Shown one piece after another: positions 29,746-40,209 of a stretch of 64,000 nucleotides of DNA; the stretch's first letter is position 1; the number at the start of each line of letters is the position of its first letter. The translations under genes and the position numbers were made by a program. Location of the stretch: contig CAVOJZ010000002.1 in NCBI GenBank assembly GCA_963696395.1, forward strand, positions 656,344 through 720,343, in the 5' to 3' direction. The notes beneath the pieces are model-generated. The model was given only the letters and a program-made list of their open reading frames with translations. It ran no database searches and was not told the DNA's origin. The stretch is from an uncultured bacterium. Its GTDB lineage: Bacteria; Patescibacteriota; Minisyncoccia; UBA6257; 2-01-FULL-56-20.

Positions 29746-29970
29746 ATGATCTCGCAAGAAGCATTGGAAGAATTTAAGGCAATCTATAAAAACCAGTTCG
29801 GCATCGAGCTATCGGACCAAGATGCCCTAGAAAAGGCCACGAAACTTCTCACGCTGATGAAGGCCGTTTATAAGCCCATAACAAAAGAGCAATACGATAC
29901 GGTCGAGAAGCGGCGCAAAGAGTTAGATAATGGGGCATGCGTGGGAAAGCCACGTATGAGGAGATGCTGA
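29746..29970 (+). CDS. Small helical hypothetical protein of the type seen in CPR genomic islands
   Basis: MISQEALEEFKAIYKNQFGIELSDQDALEKATKLLTLMKAVYKPI. The C-terminal tail looks like a junction. Confidence 0.6.
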   Translation: MISQEALEEFKAIYKNQFGIELSDQDALEKATKLLTLMKAVYKPITKEQYDTVEKRRKELDNGACVGKPRMRRC

Positions 29971-30030
29971 TTTTAGGGCATGAGCAGGAAAGCTGCTGAT
30001 GGAGGAGAATTGATTTTGTATAATGAAGGC

Positions 30031-30195
30031 ATGAAAGAGAGAAGGGTTGTTGAGTTGCTCCATCATTTTTATTGCAAGAAGTGTAAGAAGTGGTGGTCGA
30101 TAGGTGATGCGCCGACAAACAGGCACGTCTGGTTTTGCCCATGGTGCGGAAGGGAAAATAATTACCGGCTCAAAAAAAGCAGGGCGAAGCGCTAA
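30031..30195 (+). CDS. 54-aa zinc-ribbon protein, copy 1
   Basis: CKKC...WWSIGD...CPWCG; leaderless behind TATAAT; stop codon lies inside repeat R1. Confidence 0.75.
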   Translation: MKERRVVELLHHFYCKKCKKWWSIGDAPTNRHVWFCPWCGRENNYRLKKSRAKR

Positions 30196-30257
30196 CCTCG
30201 CGCTTTCGACCTGGGATAGCAAAGATTTTAGCTCAACAAAGGTTGGGCTATTTTCTT
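30182..30257 (+). repeat. Palindromic boundary repeat R1 (full two-hairpin form)
   Basis: gggcgaagcg...cgctttcgacc, then tagctcaac-aaag-gttgggcta-ttttctt. Confidence 0.85.
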
Positions 30258-30320
30258 AGTACCTTTATCCCCGCCTCTTCATTTTGCCCCCGGAACAAGG
30301 TAGAATAAAGGGTAAGACTC

Positions 30321-33300
30321 ATGGCAGGCAACCTTTATAAGAAATCCCTCTATATATTGATAGCTCTCGGGCTCATCTGTTTTGGGATGCAGGTGAAACT
30401 GGCGGAGGCGGTGATCTTTCAGGTTGAGGTTGCGAGCTCGACGGGAAACGCAGTCAATTCTAGTGCGACTACGAGTTTCGCTACCTCGACAACGGCAGGA
30501 GAGTTTATCGTTGTTCATGTGAGCCCGACGCTTGTGAATGGCAGTACCGGTACTAGTACGGTCACTGACAATAAAGGCGATGTTTATACCGAGCTGTGGG
30601 CCGTCCATCAGAATTTTAACTATAACAACGAGCTCTTCTACCTCGCCGATGCCCCGCAAGGAGTGACAACGATCAGTGTCACGTTCCCTACTGGAGTGAC
30701 CAGTGGGGGTGTCATTGCTGCCCATTACACGGGAGTGGTAACCGCGAATCCACTAGACGTCTATTCTGCACCCCCTACTGGCGGTGGTTATTCACTCACT
30801 CCGTGGTCGAGTGGTGCGGTTACAACGAGCTATGCAAACGAGCTTCTAATAGGAACCGACTTCGCCCTTGAGGACGCTGGCAGCTGTACCATCGCGCCAA
30901 GTGGCAGTTGGACGCAGGATGCGAGTATGGGCGACAGTAACGGATTCGACGGTCATAACGGCGATGCAATGTCTTACGCCCATCAAATAGTCTCTACCGT
31001 TCAGACAAACATTCAGAACACAGGGATCAATCCCATCGGAACCTGCTACAACTATCCCGGCATCGCAACGTTCAAAGGTTTAGCTGCCACTACATCCACT
31101 CCCTCCGTCGCCTGGGTTACTCCGACTCAGAACGCTACCGTCTCCTCTACGATTACGCTCACGGCATCATCCACCGACGAGATTGCCGTCGCAAACGTTG
31201 CTTTCTACGAATCTCCCTCCGGTGCGAACTTCGCAAGCAGCACGCTTATCGGATCGACCTCCACCGCCTCAGGGACCCTCTACTCCATACCTTGGAACAC
31301 AAAAAACGTATCAAACGGTTCAACCACCCTCTGGGCTTTAAGTACGGACACCTCAAATAACACATCCACCGCATCGACTACGGTGAATGTAGAAAATGTG
31401 CCCACCATCAATTCCTTCTCCGCTTCTGCCACCATCGTCCTCTCCGCAGGAACATCAACGTTGAGTTGGAACGTCACGAAAGCAAGTTCCGTCGCCATCA
31501 CCCCAGGAAGCTTCTCGACCAGCACCCTCATCGGAGCGACTACCGTGAATCCCACTTCAACAACGGTTTATACCCTCACCACAGCGAACAGCAATGGCAC
31601 GAGCACCGCATCAACTACGGTGACCGTCGACTCCGCCCCTCCCACGACCCCCACCGGCCTCACCGCAACATCAACGTCCTCCACGGCCGTCGAGCTCTCT
31701 TGGGCATCCTCAACCGACAGTGGCGGTCCTGGTCTCGCCGGATACAACATCTTCAGATGTATCGGATCATGTACCCCAGGTGCGCCCGCGATCGCTACTT
31801 CTTCCGGCGCTTCCTATGGCGACACCGGACTTAGCGCTTCCACCACCTACACCTATGCCGTCTCGGCCTATGACACACTGGGACTCACCTCCGCCACTTC
31901 GACTACGGCAAGCGCAACAACCCAAGTAGGCCGCACCTTTTATATCGCTGCGAATGGCAATGACTCCAGCAACGGCACCTCAACATCAACGCCCTGGGCA
32001 CATGCTCCTGGCATGCCCAACTGCACGTCGATCTGCGCTTCGACCACTCCTCAGCCAGGCGACCGATATATTTTCAGGGGCGGGGATACGTGGCATTTCG
32101 GAAATAGTAGTGCCACGCCTTATGTCGGCGGAACATGGAATTGGAGTTGGAGTGGGACGTCTACGAATTGTGATACTTCTGACGCACCGTCGCCCGTGAG
32201 AACCTCGTGCATTTATATTGGTGTCAACAAAACTTGGTATTCGGGAAGTTCGTGGGCGCGTCCCATTATGAATGGCGACAATCCAACAAGCACGACCGCA
32301 GTAGCGAGTTGCTTATACGGAAACGTAGGCCCTCAGAATCAGTTCTTGCTTGTAGACAATGAAGCATTTGCGTGGTTCGACAGTTTTGAGTGGACTGGTA
32401 TGTGTCACAGCACGCCTTCCTCTGCGGGTAATAACTACGGAAATAATTACGATCTCTACATCGCAGACCCCGGTGGGTCAAGTGAAATCACTCAAAATAT
32501 TTTCTCAAATAATTATTTCCATGGATGGACCCATGTCCCGTTGTCTTGTTCTGACGCGAGCGGAGAACCAGTTGGGCAATGTTTTTCTGACTCTGCGATC
32601 TCTGGTGGTCTTATGACCACGTTCGGGCCGGGAAATATATGCGACGGCTGGGATTCTGATCCGTCAGATGTGGGTTGTATATTGTTCGCTCCTGGTTATC
32701 TCGTATACGATAATGTGTTTGCAAATATGGCGCAGATTGTGGTAAACGCCTATCACGATTGGCACGACAATCTTTGGTTTAACTACTATCCAACCGACGA
32801 CGGGGTAGCTCATGGCAATTCGTTTGAGTCGAACGTCGATGCTCCGCAGCACGATGAAGATGGGTATTATCAGCCCAACGTACCCTTCAACGTTTTCTAC
32901 GATAATATTTTAGGGAACAATGCGAGCGGCACCGGAGGCGATGTGAAGCTTTGGTTTACGCCAAACAATACTGCCGCCGAATATTACTTCAATAATATTG
33001 TTTATGACCAGGGAAGTGGGAACAATTGGGACATTGATACTTCGCAAGGCGGCGCGGCGGGACAGTTTATGTTTAATAACACGCTTGATGTGCCCAATGC
33101 CGGATCGCTAAACTGCACATCGCATTTAACCGTAACCGGAAATCACGAGGTCGTTGATGGGGGGTCGGCCTTTGCGAACGGTTCTTGCTCAATTTCGAAC
33201 GAGATCCAAATGACCCATGCAACTGCAGTGGCGCAAGCTTATATGGCAACCGGAAGAGGCACGAGTGGATCGAACAACAACACAACCTGTGCAAATAGCT

Positions 33301-34508
33301 CGACTCCGTGTGCGCCAACCGCATCGAGCAATGCCACCGTTGGAGCCGGAGCTAATTTGCAGAATTATTGCACCACCCTTCTTGGATCGGGTGACGGTGA
33401 AATTGTCCGAGCAGGAAGTGCTTGCGAATCCGGGACAACTGATGCTTGTGCCTACAACGCAGTCAACCACACGGTCTCATGCCCGGCGTTTACGCCGATC
33501 GCCCGCCCAATCTCCACGGCCTGGGACGCCGGCGCCTATGAATATCAGAATACATCAGGCACTCCTCCCACCATCTCCTCTTTCTCCTCCTCTCCTCTCT
33601 ACACCCAGCCAAGCGCCACCTCAACCCTCTCCTGGAACATCACGAACGCAAGTTCTGCTCTGATTGTTAACCTAACCACAGGTATACCCCTTCCGACAGG
33701 AACCGTCCTTGTCTATCCCACGTCTACCACCACCTACATCCTCTCTGCCTCAAACCCCAATGGCACCTCCACCGCAGCAACAACCATTACCGTGCAAAGC
33801 ATCCCTCCCTCAGTACCCCAGAATCTCTCGGCAGATCCCGTATCCACCTCGGAAATTGATCTCTCCTGGACGGCAAGCACAAGCACGATCCCCATATCCG
33901 GCTATGGCATATTTGAAAACAGCGTGCAGATCGCAACGACCTCGGCTACCAGTTACCAGAACACCGGTCTCTCAGAAGACACCACCTACACCTATGCGGT
34001 AGATGCCTTTGATGCCGCAGGGAATGTATCAGGACAAAGCTCATCCACAAGCGCAACCACGGAAACCCAGCAATCTGGAGGGGGCGGAGGTGGCGGCGGT
34101 GGCGGGGGAGGTGGAGGTGGTGGTTGCTACTACAACTGCAGCTATGGAGGTTCTTCCTTCACAAGCACCGCCTCAGGCACGAATGGGACCGGAAGCTCTT
34201 CTCTCCTTGCAACACTTCTCGCGGAGCTTGAAACCTTGATCAAAGTATTGAATACCCAATTAGTCACGTCTTTCACACGAAACCTCACCCTGGGGAGCCG
34301 GGGAGCTGACGTAGAAAACCTCCAGATCTTCCTCAATGACAATGGCTACCCCATAGCACAGACGGGAGCAGGATCCCTCGGACATGAATCAATCTACTTT
34401 GGGACCAAGACGGCACAGGCTCTGGCCAAATGGCAGAAGGCCAACGGACTTCCGGCTACCGGTTACTTTGGGGGACTGACGAGGAGATTACTCAACAAGC
34501 TGTATTAG
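30321..34508 (+). CDS. Large secreted surface protein P2: Ig/FN3, beta-helix passenger type B, PG-binding C-terminus
   Basis: Signal peptide MAGNLYKKSLYILIALG; FN3 PTTPTGL...TYTYAVSAYD; RTFYIAANGNDS...PWAHAPGMPNC passenger; conserved C-terminus. Confidence 0.85.
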   Translation: MAGNLYKKSLYILIALGLICFGMQVKLAEAVIFQVEVASSTGNAVNSSATTSFATSTTAGEFIVVHVSPTLVNGSTGTSTVTDNKGDVYTELWAVHQNFNYNNELFYLADAPQGVTTISVTFPTGVTSGGVIAAHYTGVVTANPLDVYSAPPTGGGYSLTPWSSGAVTTSYANELLIGTDFALEDAGSCTIAPSGSWTQDASMGDSNGFDGHNGDAMSYAHQIVSTVQTNIQNTGINPIGTCYNYPGIATFKGLAATTSTPSVAWVTPTQNATVSSTITLTASSTDEIAVANVAFYESPSGANFASSTLIGSTSTASGTLYSIPWNTKNVSNGSTTLWALSTDTSNNTSTASTTVNVENVPTINSFSASATIVLSAGTSTLSWNVTKASSVAITPGSFSTSTLIGATTVNPTSTTVYTLTTANSNGTSTASTTVTVDSAPPTTPTGLTATSTSSTAVELSWASSTDSGGPGLAGYNIFRCIGSCTPGAPAIATSSGASYGDTGLSASTTYTYAVSAYDTLGLTSATSTTASATTQVGRTFYIAANGNDSSNGTSTSTPWAHAPGMPNCTSICASTTPQPGDRYIFRGGDTWHFGNSSATPYVGGTWNWSWSGTSTNCDTSDAPSPVRTSCIYIGVNKTWYSGSSWARPIMNGDNPTSTTAVASCLYGNVGPQNQFLLVDNEAFAWFDSFEWTGMCHSTPSSAGNNYGNNYDLYIADPGGSSEITQNIFSNNYFHGWTHVPLSCSDASGEPVGQCFSDSAISGGLMTTFGPGNICDGWDSDPSDVGCILFAPGYLVYDNVFANMAQIVVNAYHDWHDNLWFNYYPTDDGVAHGNSFESNVDAPQHDEDGYYQPNVPFNVFYDNILGNNASGTGGDVKLWFTPNNTAAEYYFNNIVYDQGSGNNWDIDTSQGGAAGQFMFNNTLDVPNAGSLNCTSHLTVTGNHEVVDGGSAFANGSCSISNEIQMTHATAVAQAYMATGRGTSGSNNNTTCANSSTPCAPTASSNATVGAGANLQNYCTTLLGSGDGEIVRAGSACESGTTDACAYNAVNHTVSCPAFTPIARPISTAWDAGAYEYQNTSGTPPTISSFSSSPLYTQPSATSTLSWNITNASSALIVNLTTGIPLPTGTVLVYPTSTTTYILSASNPNGTSTAATTITVQSIPPSVPQNLSADPVSTSEIDLSWTASTSTIPISGYGIFENSVQIATTSATSYQNTGLSEDTTYTYAVDAFDAAGNVSGQSSSTSATTETQQSGGGGGGGGGGGGGGGGCYYNCSYGGSSFTSTASGTNGTGSSSLLATLLAELETLIKVLNTQLVTSFTRNLTLGSRGADVENLQIFLNDNGYPIAQTGAGSLGHESIYFGTKTAQALAKWQKANGLPATGYFGGLTRRLLNKLY

Positions 34509-34563
34509 AAGAGAGGACAAAAAGAAATTTCCTAAAGTCCATCATGCACCGGAGCATTGCAGT

Positions 34564-34639
34564 GGGCGAAGCGCTAACCTGACGCTTCGGACCTGGTATA
34601 ACAAAGATTTTAGCTCGACAAAGGTTGAGCTATTTTCTT
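34564..34639 (+). repeat. Palindromic boundary repeat R2 (full form)
   Basis: gggcgaagcgctaacctgacgcttcggacc...tagctcgacaaaggttgagctattttctt. Confidence 0.85.
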
Positions 34640-34645
34640 ATATAC

Positions 34646-34690
34646 TTATCCCCACCTCCTCATTTTGCCCCCCCCAGAACACGGTAAACT
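34646..34690 (+). promoter_or_regulatory. P3 promoter with TTATCCCCA box and C8 tract
   Basis: ttatccccacctcctcattttg-C8-agaacacgg-TAAACT, identical to 40987-41031. Confidence 0.6.
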
Positions 34691-34704
34691 GATAAGTAAG
34701 CTCT

Positions 34705-37700
34705 ATGATAGGCACCCTTCATAAGAAATCCCTCTATATATTGATAGCCCTTGGGCTGTTCTGTTTTTTTGGCTTTATTCCTCAGGTTCATGCTGCTCCA
34801 GCCGTTGTGCAAAGCTGCAATGATATGGAATATACCGCCAAGGCGACGTGCACATTGCCGGGCAACATGGGGCCAAACCATACGATTATTGCTACGGCAT
34901 ATTCATCAGCCGCTAGTGATACGTTTTCAATCACAGGATGCGGGGGTAGTTGGAACAACCTTTATGCCTATAACGCGGCAAACTTTTCATGGAATGTCTG
35001 GACGACGACATCAACGAATGGCCTATCGTGCACCGCTTCGACAACGCTTAACCCCAATAACAACTATAACTTTCTTGATCTCATGGAAGTTTCGGGTGTC
35101 GGAGCGTCCGACGTAGCTCCCGCGGTCAATAATCCTTCCTATTGTTCAAGCTGTTCCAGTGCGCCGATAACAACCGCGACCAATGGCGACCTTGTCCTTC
35201 TTTTGAATTTCGACCCGAGTACTTATGAAGCCTATAGCAACTTCACTAACAGTTTTTCGATTTTTGCGCAGGGAACTTCAACGGTGCACGGTCAAGGTAC
35301 CGGATCCTATGCCATATCAAATCTTTTGCAATCTCTCGCGGGAAATATTTCAAGTACATGGACTGCTTCAGTGGCGTCGTCATATGAGGACAGCCTCATC
35401 ATGGCGTTCAAGCCGGGTCAGTCTTTTCCTGCAATCTCTTCCTTCTCCGCTTCCCCCTCGGAAGTCCTTCCCGGAGGAACATCGACACTAAGCTGGAATG
35501 TTTCCAACGCCTCTTCGGTCGCTATCACCCCAGGTTCTTTCAGTACGAGCACGCTCATCGCATCTACGACGGTAAATCCCACCTCGACGACGATGTATAC
35601 TCTGATCGCCACGAACAGCAACGGGACGAGTACAGCGACGACGACGGTGAGTATCGATTCATCGACTCCAACCACGCCGACCAATCTTGTCGCAACCTCT
35701 CTCTCTGCCTCGCAAATATCCCTCGCCTGGACTTCGTCCACGGATAGCGGGGGGTCGGGCATCGCCGACTACAACATCTTTAGGTGTCTGGGATCCTGTA
35801 CTCCCACCACGACAGTCGCCACTTCATCAGGTGCTTCCTATATCGACAGCAACCTCACTGCCTCAACGACCTACACCTATGCTGTCCAGGCCGTGAACGG
35901 CGTAGGAACCCTAAGCGCTACAAGTACAAGCGTGAGTACGATGACGCAGGCGAGTGGCGGCACCGACCCATGGGCTGGCATCATTGCGCCCTCCCGGGCC
36001 ATGAATTGGAAGGAAGAGGCTGGCCTTACCCAAACATTTCCTGATGGCGAAACAACGCTGAATGCGTGGACTCCGCCAACCCGAGCAACCGTTTGCGCCA
36101 CCGTAGCGCCAGAAGGGACGGCAGCATCGCCAGTCGCCTTTGCCAGTTCGAACCTCGAGATAGCCGAGGCGTCCTGCCCCGCAGGCGAAGTGGTGCAGCT
36201 TGAAACTGGGAGCTACTACTACAGTACCAATCCCCAGATCGCTTCGATTTCCTACCCAAACACCATCAATAACATAACGGTGCGCGGCGCGGGCGCAGAT
36301 CAGACTAAAATCTATGCGCCGGGCTTTGGTCTCACAGGTAGTGATGTGTACGCTTCTGAGGCGTACAGCAATGCATGGTCGGGACCGTATGCTCAGGGCT
36401 CGCTCACCACCACCTTTTCCGGTCTCTCAGTAGGTGACTTGCTTAACTTATCCCAATGTGCCACCGGGTTTAGTGGGTCAAACCCGTGTACGAATCCAAC
36501 GAACTCAGAGATCGATAATGGTGGAGAGTTTGTTACCAGTCTGGATAATCCTTGGTATCACATAAATGGAACCAACGTTCAGGGAGGGCAGCTCGAGTTC
36601 CAGGTCGTACGGGTCAACTCAATAGTAGGCTCAACGGTGACGTTTTCTGACCCGGTGCAACCCGACAATTTTTCCAGCGCAGAAACACCGTCTTTTGAGC
36701 GCATATATTCTGGGACTAATGGGGTTCCGAATGGTATTGGTCTTGAGGATTTATCTCTTGATGCGACCTTCGATTCTGGAACCGGAGGACTCGGTATAAC
36801 ATTCTGCTACGACTGCTGGGTTAAAGGCGTAAGACTCATCACCACAACTCAAAACTACAACGGCGACGTAGGTGTGGACGGCTCAGATCATGTATTGATA
36901 GCGAATAACTATTTCTCCTTCGGGAACTCCGGCAATTATGGGATCTCGATTGGGAGTTCAGATGGCGTAAGTAACGCTCTCGTGCTAAATAATATCGTTA
37001 CTGGTTCCGGTTTTATCAGCGGTGACGGAGCAACGGGGGTGGTAATTGCTGATAATTATGTGGCACCGTCCGAGCTTGACGAGATTGATTCGCATAGCCC
37101 CTGGAGGGATTATACGCTGGTCGAAGGCAATGTCGCTTGTTCATACGAAGACGATCCCGACCATGGTGGTGCGGCCGATTTCACGACGTTGTTCAGAAAT
37201 CGTCTTGGCACGAATCAGACCTGCCTATCTGCAGCGTCAACAATCAGCGAGGGGGCTGGGAGTCGGTACACTAATATTGTTGACAACGTTTTGGGATTGC
37301 CGGGTTTTACCACAGCCTATCAAGACTTTGATTATTCGGCGAGTAGTCCGGCTGTATATCAATTTGGTGCCAATGCAGTAACTGGTAGCGCAGGTATTCC
37401 CTGGGACCCTCTGAGTTTAAATACATCATTCCGGTGGGGTAATTGGGATGACGTAAACGGCGGCGTACAGGAGAATGACTCTGAAGTACCTAGCTCACTG
37501 GATGCAGCAGTAGGCTATCAGCAGGCACTCAGTGGTAGCAGCACAACGTGGTCGGGAACCCTCGCTCATCTTCCGGGGATTTCGCCGGATAGCGCCGTGT
37601 ATGTTCCGGCAACAGTCACGAGTTCCCCCCAGCTTTTCGCATTTGATAACGGCTCGGGTACATTGACATACAACGGTACGGGAACCATCAATTATTCCAC

Positions 37701-40116
37701 GGGAGCAGTGTCGGTCACTTTCCCGGATTCAGTGCCGAGCGGCGACGCCGTTTATGTCAACTATCTCCAGCAAACATCAACGACAAGCCCATATCAAAAC
37801 CCGATCCCGAGTGGTCCGTTCCCACCAAGTTTCTTCATTCCGATCTCAGCACATCCAAACGGCGGCACTGGTTTGTCCTGGTGGGGAGCCTGCACTGGAT
37901 GGAGCGGTACCACCTTCCACTCGACATGTGCGTCAACATACAGGCCGCCTTGGCCCGCAATCGGAGGAGATGTGACCGGTGCCTCAGATGTGACGGGGCA
38001 TGCGTATAACATACCAGCGCAAGAATCCTATGCGGAATTGTCGGATGATCTGAACTATGGGACGGCATACACCGTTACTGGCGCGAATTGGAATAATGGC
38101 ATCGCGACCATCACGATTTCAGGCTCATTCAATGCGGGTGAGTATGGGCCGTATGGAGAGGTAACGATCACTGGGATTTCACCATCAGCTTACGACTGCA
38201 CGGATTGCGCGATCACAAGCAACAGCTCGGGGCAGATTAGCTATCAATTGGCAAGCAATCCAGGCACATTTGTTTCGGGAGGCAGCGCGAAGTGGCCGAT
38301 AATCAAGCAATTCAACGAGGACATCTACCAGGCCGATCCGAGTTCTTCCTCCACCCCCACCATCTCCTCTTTCTCCTCCTCTCCCTCTTCCATCACCCTC
38401 GGTTCATCCTCTGTCTTGTCCTGGAATGTCTCAAATGCATCTTCTGTCCTTCTCACAGGCAACAACCTCAATCTTTCAACCAGCACCGCTTCAGGAACAG
38501 TCTCCGTCACTCCGAATGCCACAGGAACCCTCATCTATACCCTTGCCGCCAACAACTCGAATGGAACCTCGACCGCAACGACAAGCATCATGGTAGCCGC
38601 GGGGAATACCACGTCTTCTCCTCCCCAGAATCTCTCGGCAACCCCCCACAACGCCTCGGTCTCTCTCTCCTGGCAAGCTCCTTCCTCCAACGGAGGATCA
38701 CCTCTCACGGAATATCTTGTGTATGACCGGTTCACGGGATCAAGCACCTTTGCCTTGTATGCAACAACGTCTCCCAGTCAAACAACGTCAACCGTCACTT
38801 CCCTCACGAATGGAACCAGCTATGACTTCGAGATCATCGCCCAAAACAGCGTAGGGACTTCAACCCCCAGCACTATTGCATCCAGTACCCCGTATACCGT
38901 CCCCGGAGCTCCGACCGGTGTCTCTGCCACCGCAGGCAATGCCGAAGCAACCATTTCGTTCACCGCTCCAGGATCCAACGGGGGATCAAGCATCCTCTTC
39001 TATACTGCCACCTCGAACCCGGGGAACATCCAAGCCTCATCCACCGCCTCTCCCATCTCGGTATCCGGTCTCACGAATGGTCAAAGCTACACCTTTGTCG
39101 TCACGGCTACCAATCTTGCGGGAACGGGTGCTTCTTCCTCTCCCTCAGGGAGCGTGACCCCCTCGGGAAATGCACCTCTCATCAATTCATTCTCCGCAAG
39201 TCCCCAATATACAGAACCCAGCGTCACCTCAACGCTCTCCTGGAATGTGAGCAATGCCTCTTCCGTGAGTATCACCCCAGGAGGATTCTCTACCTCAACC
39301 CTCATCGGCTCCTGGAATGTCGCTCCCACCTCGACGACGACATATACCCTTACGGCTTCATCCAATGGGAACGGCACGAGTACCGCCCAAACAACGATTA
39401 CCGTCCAAAGCATCCCTCCCTCAGTACCCCAGAATCTCTCCGCAGATCCCGTATCCACCTCAGAAATTGATCTTTCCTGGTCAGCAAGCACAAGCACGAT
39501 CCCCATATCCGGATATGGCGTATTTGAAAACAGCATACAGATTGCAACGACATCAAATACCTCATACCAAAACACCGGTCTCAATCAAGACACCACCTAC
39601 ACCTATGCGGTCGACGCTATTGATGCCGCAGGGAATGTATCAGGACAAAGTTCATCCACCTCGGCAACCACGGAAACCCAGCAATCCGGGGGAGGTGGCG
39701 GCGGCGGAGGCGGAGGCGGCGGTGGTGGTGGTTGCTACTACAACTGCAGTTATGGAGGTTCTTCCTCCACAAGCACACCCTCAAGCACAGGATCAGGAAG
39801 CTCATCTTCTCTCCTTGCAACCCTTCTCGCAGAACTGGAAGCCCTGATCAAAGCAATGAATACCCAATTAGTCACGTCTTTCACACGAAACCTCACCATT
39901 GGATCACGAGGAACCGATGTCCAAAACCTCCAGATCTTCCTGAATGACAATGGCTACCCGATCGCAAGCTCAGGAGCAGGATCAATCGGCAAAGAATCCA
40001 CCTACTTTGGCGCAAAGACACAAGAAGCCTTGGCCAAATGGCAGAAGGCAAACCATCTTCCTGCTACCGGATACTTTGGGGGACTGACGCGGGGGGAGAT
40101 GAACAAGCTGTATTAG
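34705..40116 (+). CDS. Large secreted surface protein P3: Ig/FN3, beta-helix passenger type A, extra FN3 domains, PG-binding C-terminus
   Basis: Signal peptide MIGTLHKKSLYILIALG; WAGIIAPSRAMNW passenger; four FN3-like units; conserved C-terminus. Confidence 0.85.
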   Translation: MIGTLHKKSLYILIALGLFCFFGFIPQVHAAPAVVQSCNDMEYTAKATCTLPGNMGPNHTIIATAYSSAASDTFSITGCGGSWNNLYAYNAANFSWNVWTTTSTNGLSCTASTTLNPNNNYNFLDLMEVSGVGASDVAPAVNNPSYCSSCSSAPITTATNGDLVLLLNFDPSTYEAYSNFTNSFSIFAQGTSTVHGQGTGSYAISNLLQSLAGNISSTWTASVASSYEDSLIMAFKPGQSFPAISSFSASPSEVLPGGTSTLSWNVSNASSVAITPGSFSTSTLIASTTVNPTSTTMYTLIATNSNGTSTATTTVSIDSSTPTTPTNLVATSLSASQISLAWTSSTDSGGSGIADYNIFRCLGSCTPTTTVATSSGASYIDSNLTASTTYTYAVQAVNGVGTLSATSTSVSTMTQASGGTDPWAGIIAPSRAMNWKEEAGLTQTFPDGETTLNAWTPPTRATVCATVAPEGTAASPVAFASSNLEIAEASCPAGEVVQLETGSYYYSTNPQIASISYPNTINNITVRGAGADQTKIYAPGFGLTGSDVYASEAYSNAWSGPYAQGSLTTTFSGLSVGDLLNLSQCATGFSGSNPCTNPTNSEIDNGGEFVTSLDNPWYHINGTNVQGGQLEFQVVRVNSIVGSTVTFSDPVQPDNFSSAETPSFERIYSGTNGVPNGIGLEDLSLDATFDSGTGGLGITFCYDCWVKGVRLITTTQNYNGDVGVDGSDHVLIANNYFSFGNSGNYGISIGSSDGVSNALVLNNIVTGSGFISGDGATGVVIADNYVAPSELDEIDSHSPWRDYTLVEGNVACSYEDDPDHGGAADFTTLFRNRLGTNQTCLSAASTISEGAGSRYTNIVDNVLGLPGFTTAYQDFDYSASSPAVYQFGANAVTGSAGIPWDPLSLNTSFRWGNWDDVNGGVQENDSEVPSSLDAAVGYQQALSGSSTTWSGTLAHLPGISPDSAVYVPATVTSSPQLFAFDNGSGTLTYNGTGTINYSTGAVSVTFPDSVPSGDAVYVNYLQQTSTTSPYQNPIPSGPFPPSFFIPISAHPNGGTGLSWWGACTGWSGTTFHSTCASTYRPPWPAIGGDVTGASDVTGHAYNIPAQESYAELSDDLNYGTAYTVTGANWNNGIATITISGSFNAGEYGPYGEVTITGISPSAYDCTDCAITSNSSGQISYQLASNPGTFVSGGSAKWPIIKQFNEDIYQADPSSSSTPTISSFSSSPSSITLGSSSVLSWNVSNASSVLLTGNNLNLSTSTASGTVSVTPNATGTLIYTLAANNSNGTSTATTSIMVAAGNTTSSPPQNLSATPHNASVSLSWQAPSSNGGSPLTEYLVYDRFTGSSTFALYATTSPSQTTSTVTSLTNGTSYDFEIIAQNSVGTSTPSTIASSTPYTVPGAPTGVSATAGNAEATISFTAPGSNGGSSILFYTATSNPGNIQASSTASPISVSGLTNGQSYTFVVTATNLAGTGASSSPSGSVTPSGNAPLINSFSASPQYTEPSVTSTLSWNVSNASSVSITPGGFSTSTLIGSWNVAPTSTTTYTLTASSNGNGTSTAQTTITVQSIPPSVPQNLSADPVSTSEIDLSWSASTSTIPISGYGVFENSIQIATTSNTSYQNTGLNQDTTYTYAVDAIDAAGNVSGQSSSTSATTETQQSGGGGGGGGGGGGGGGCYYNCSYGGSSSTSTPSSTGSGSSSSLLATLLAELEALIKAMNTQLVTSFTRNLTIGSRGTDVQNLQIFLNDNGYPIASSGAGSIGKESTYFGAKTQEALAKWQKANHLPATGYFGGLTRGEMNKLY

Positions 40117-40173
40117 AAGGAGGCAGCAAAAAAGAAATTTCCTAAAGTCCACCGTGAACCAGGGCATTGCAGT

Positions 40174-40183
40174 GGGCGAAGCG
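40174..40183 (+). repeat. Boundary repeat R3 (left arm only)
   Basis: gggcgaagcg, preceded by the same trailer as R2 (cctaaagtcca...gcattgcagt), then unrelated sequence. Confidence 0.7.
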
Positions 40184-40209
40184 GTGAGCGTTCAGGAATT
40201 GGATATACG

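Noticed and set aside
30190-30248. Boundary repeats as classical integron attC sites (59 nt from cgctaac to GTTGGGC; GCTCAAC and GTTGGGC fit RYYYAAC and GTTRRRY)
   Set aside because: The L''/L' boxes are not complementary, the best R''/R' pair is only 4 nt apart, and no IntI is in the window. Kept only as a functional analogy.
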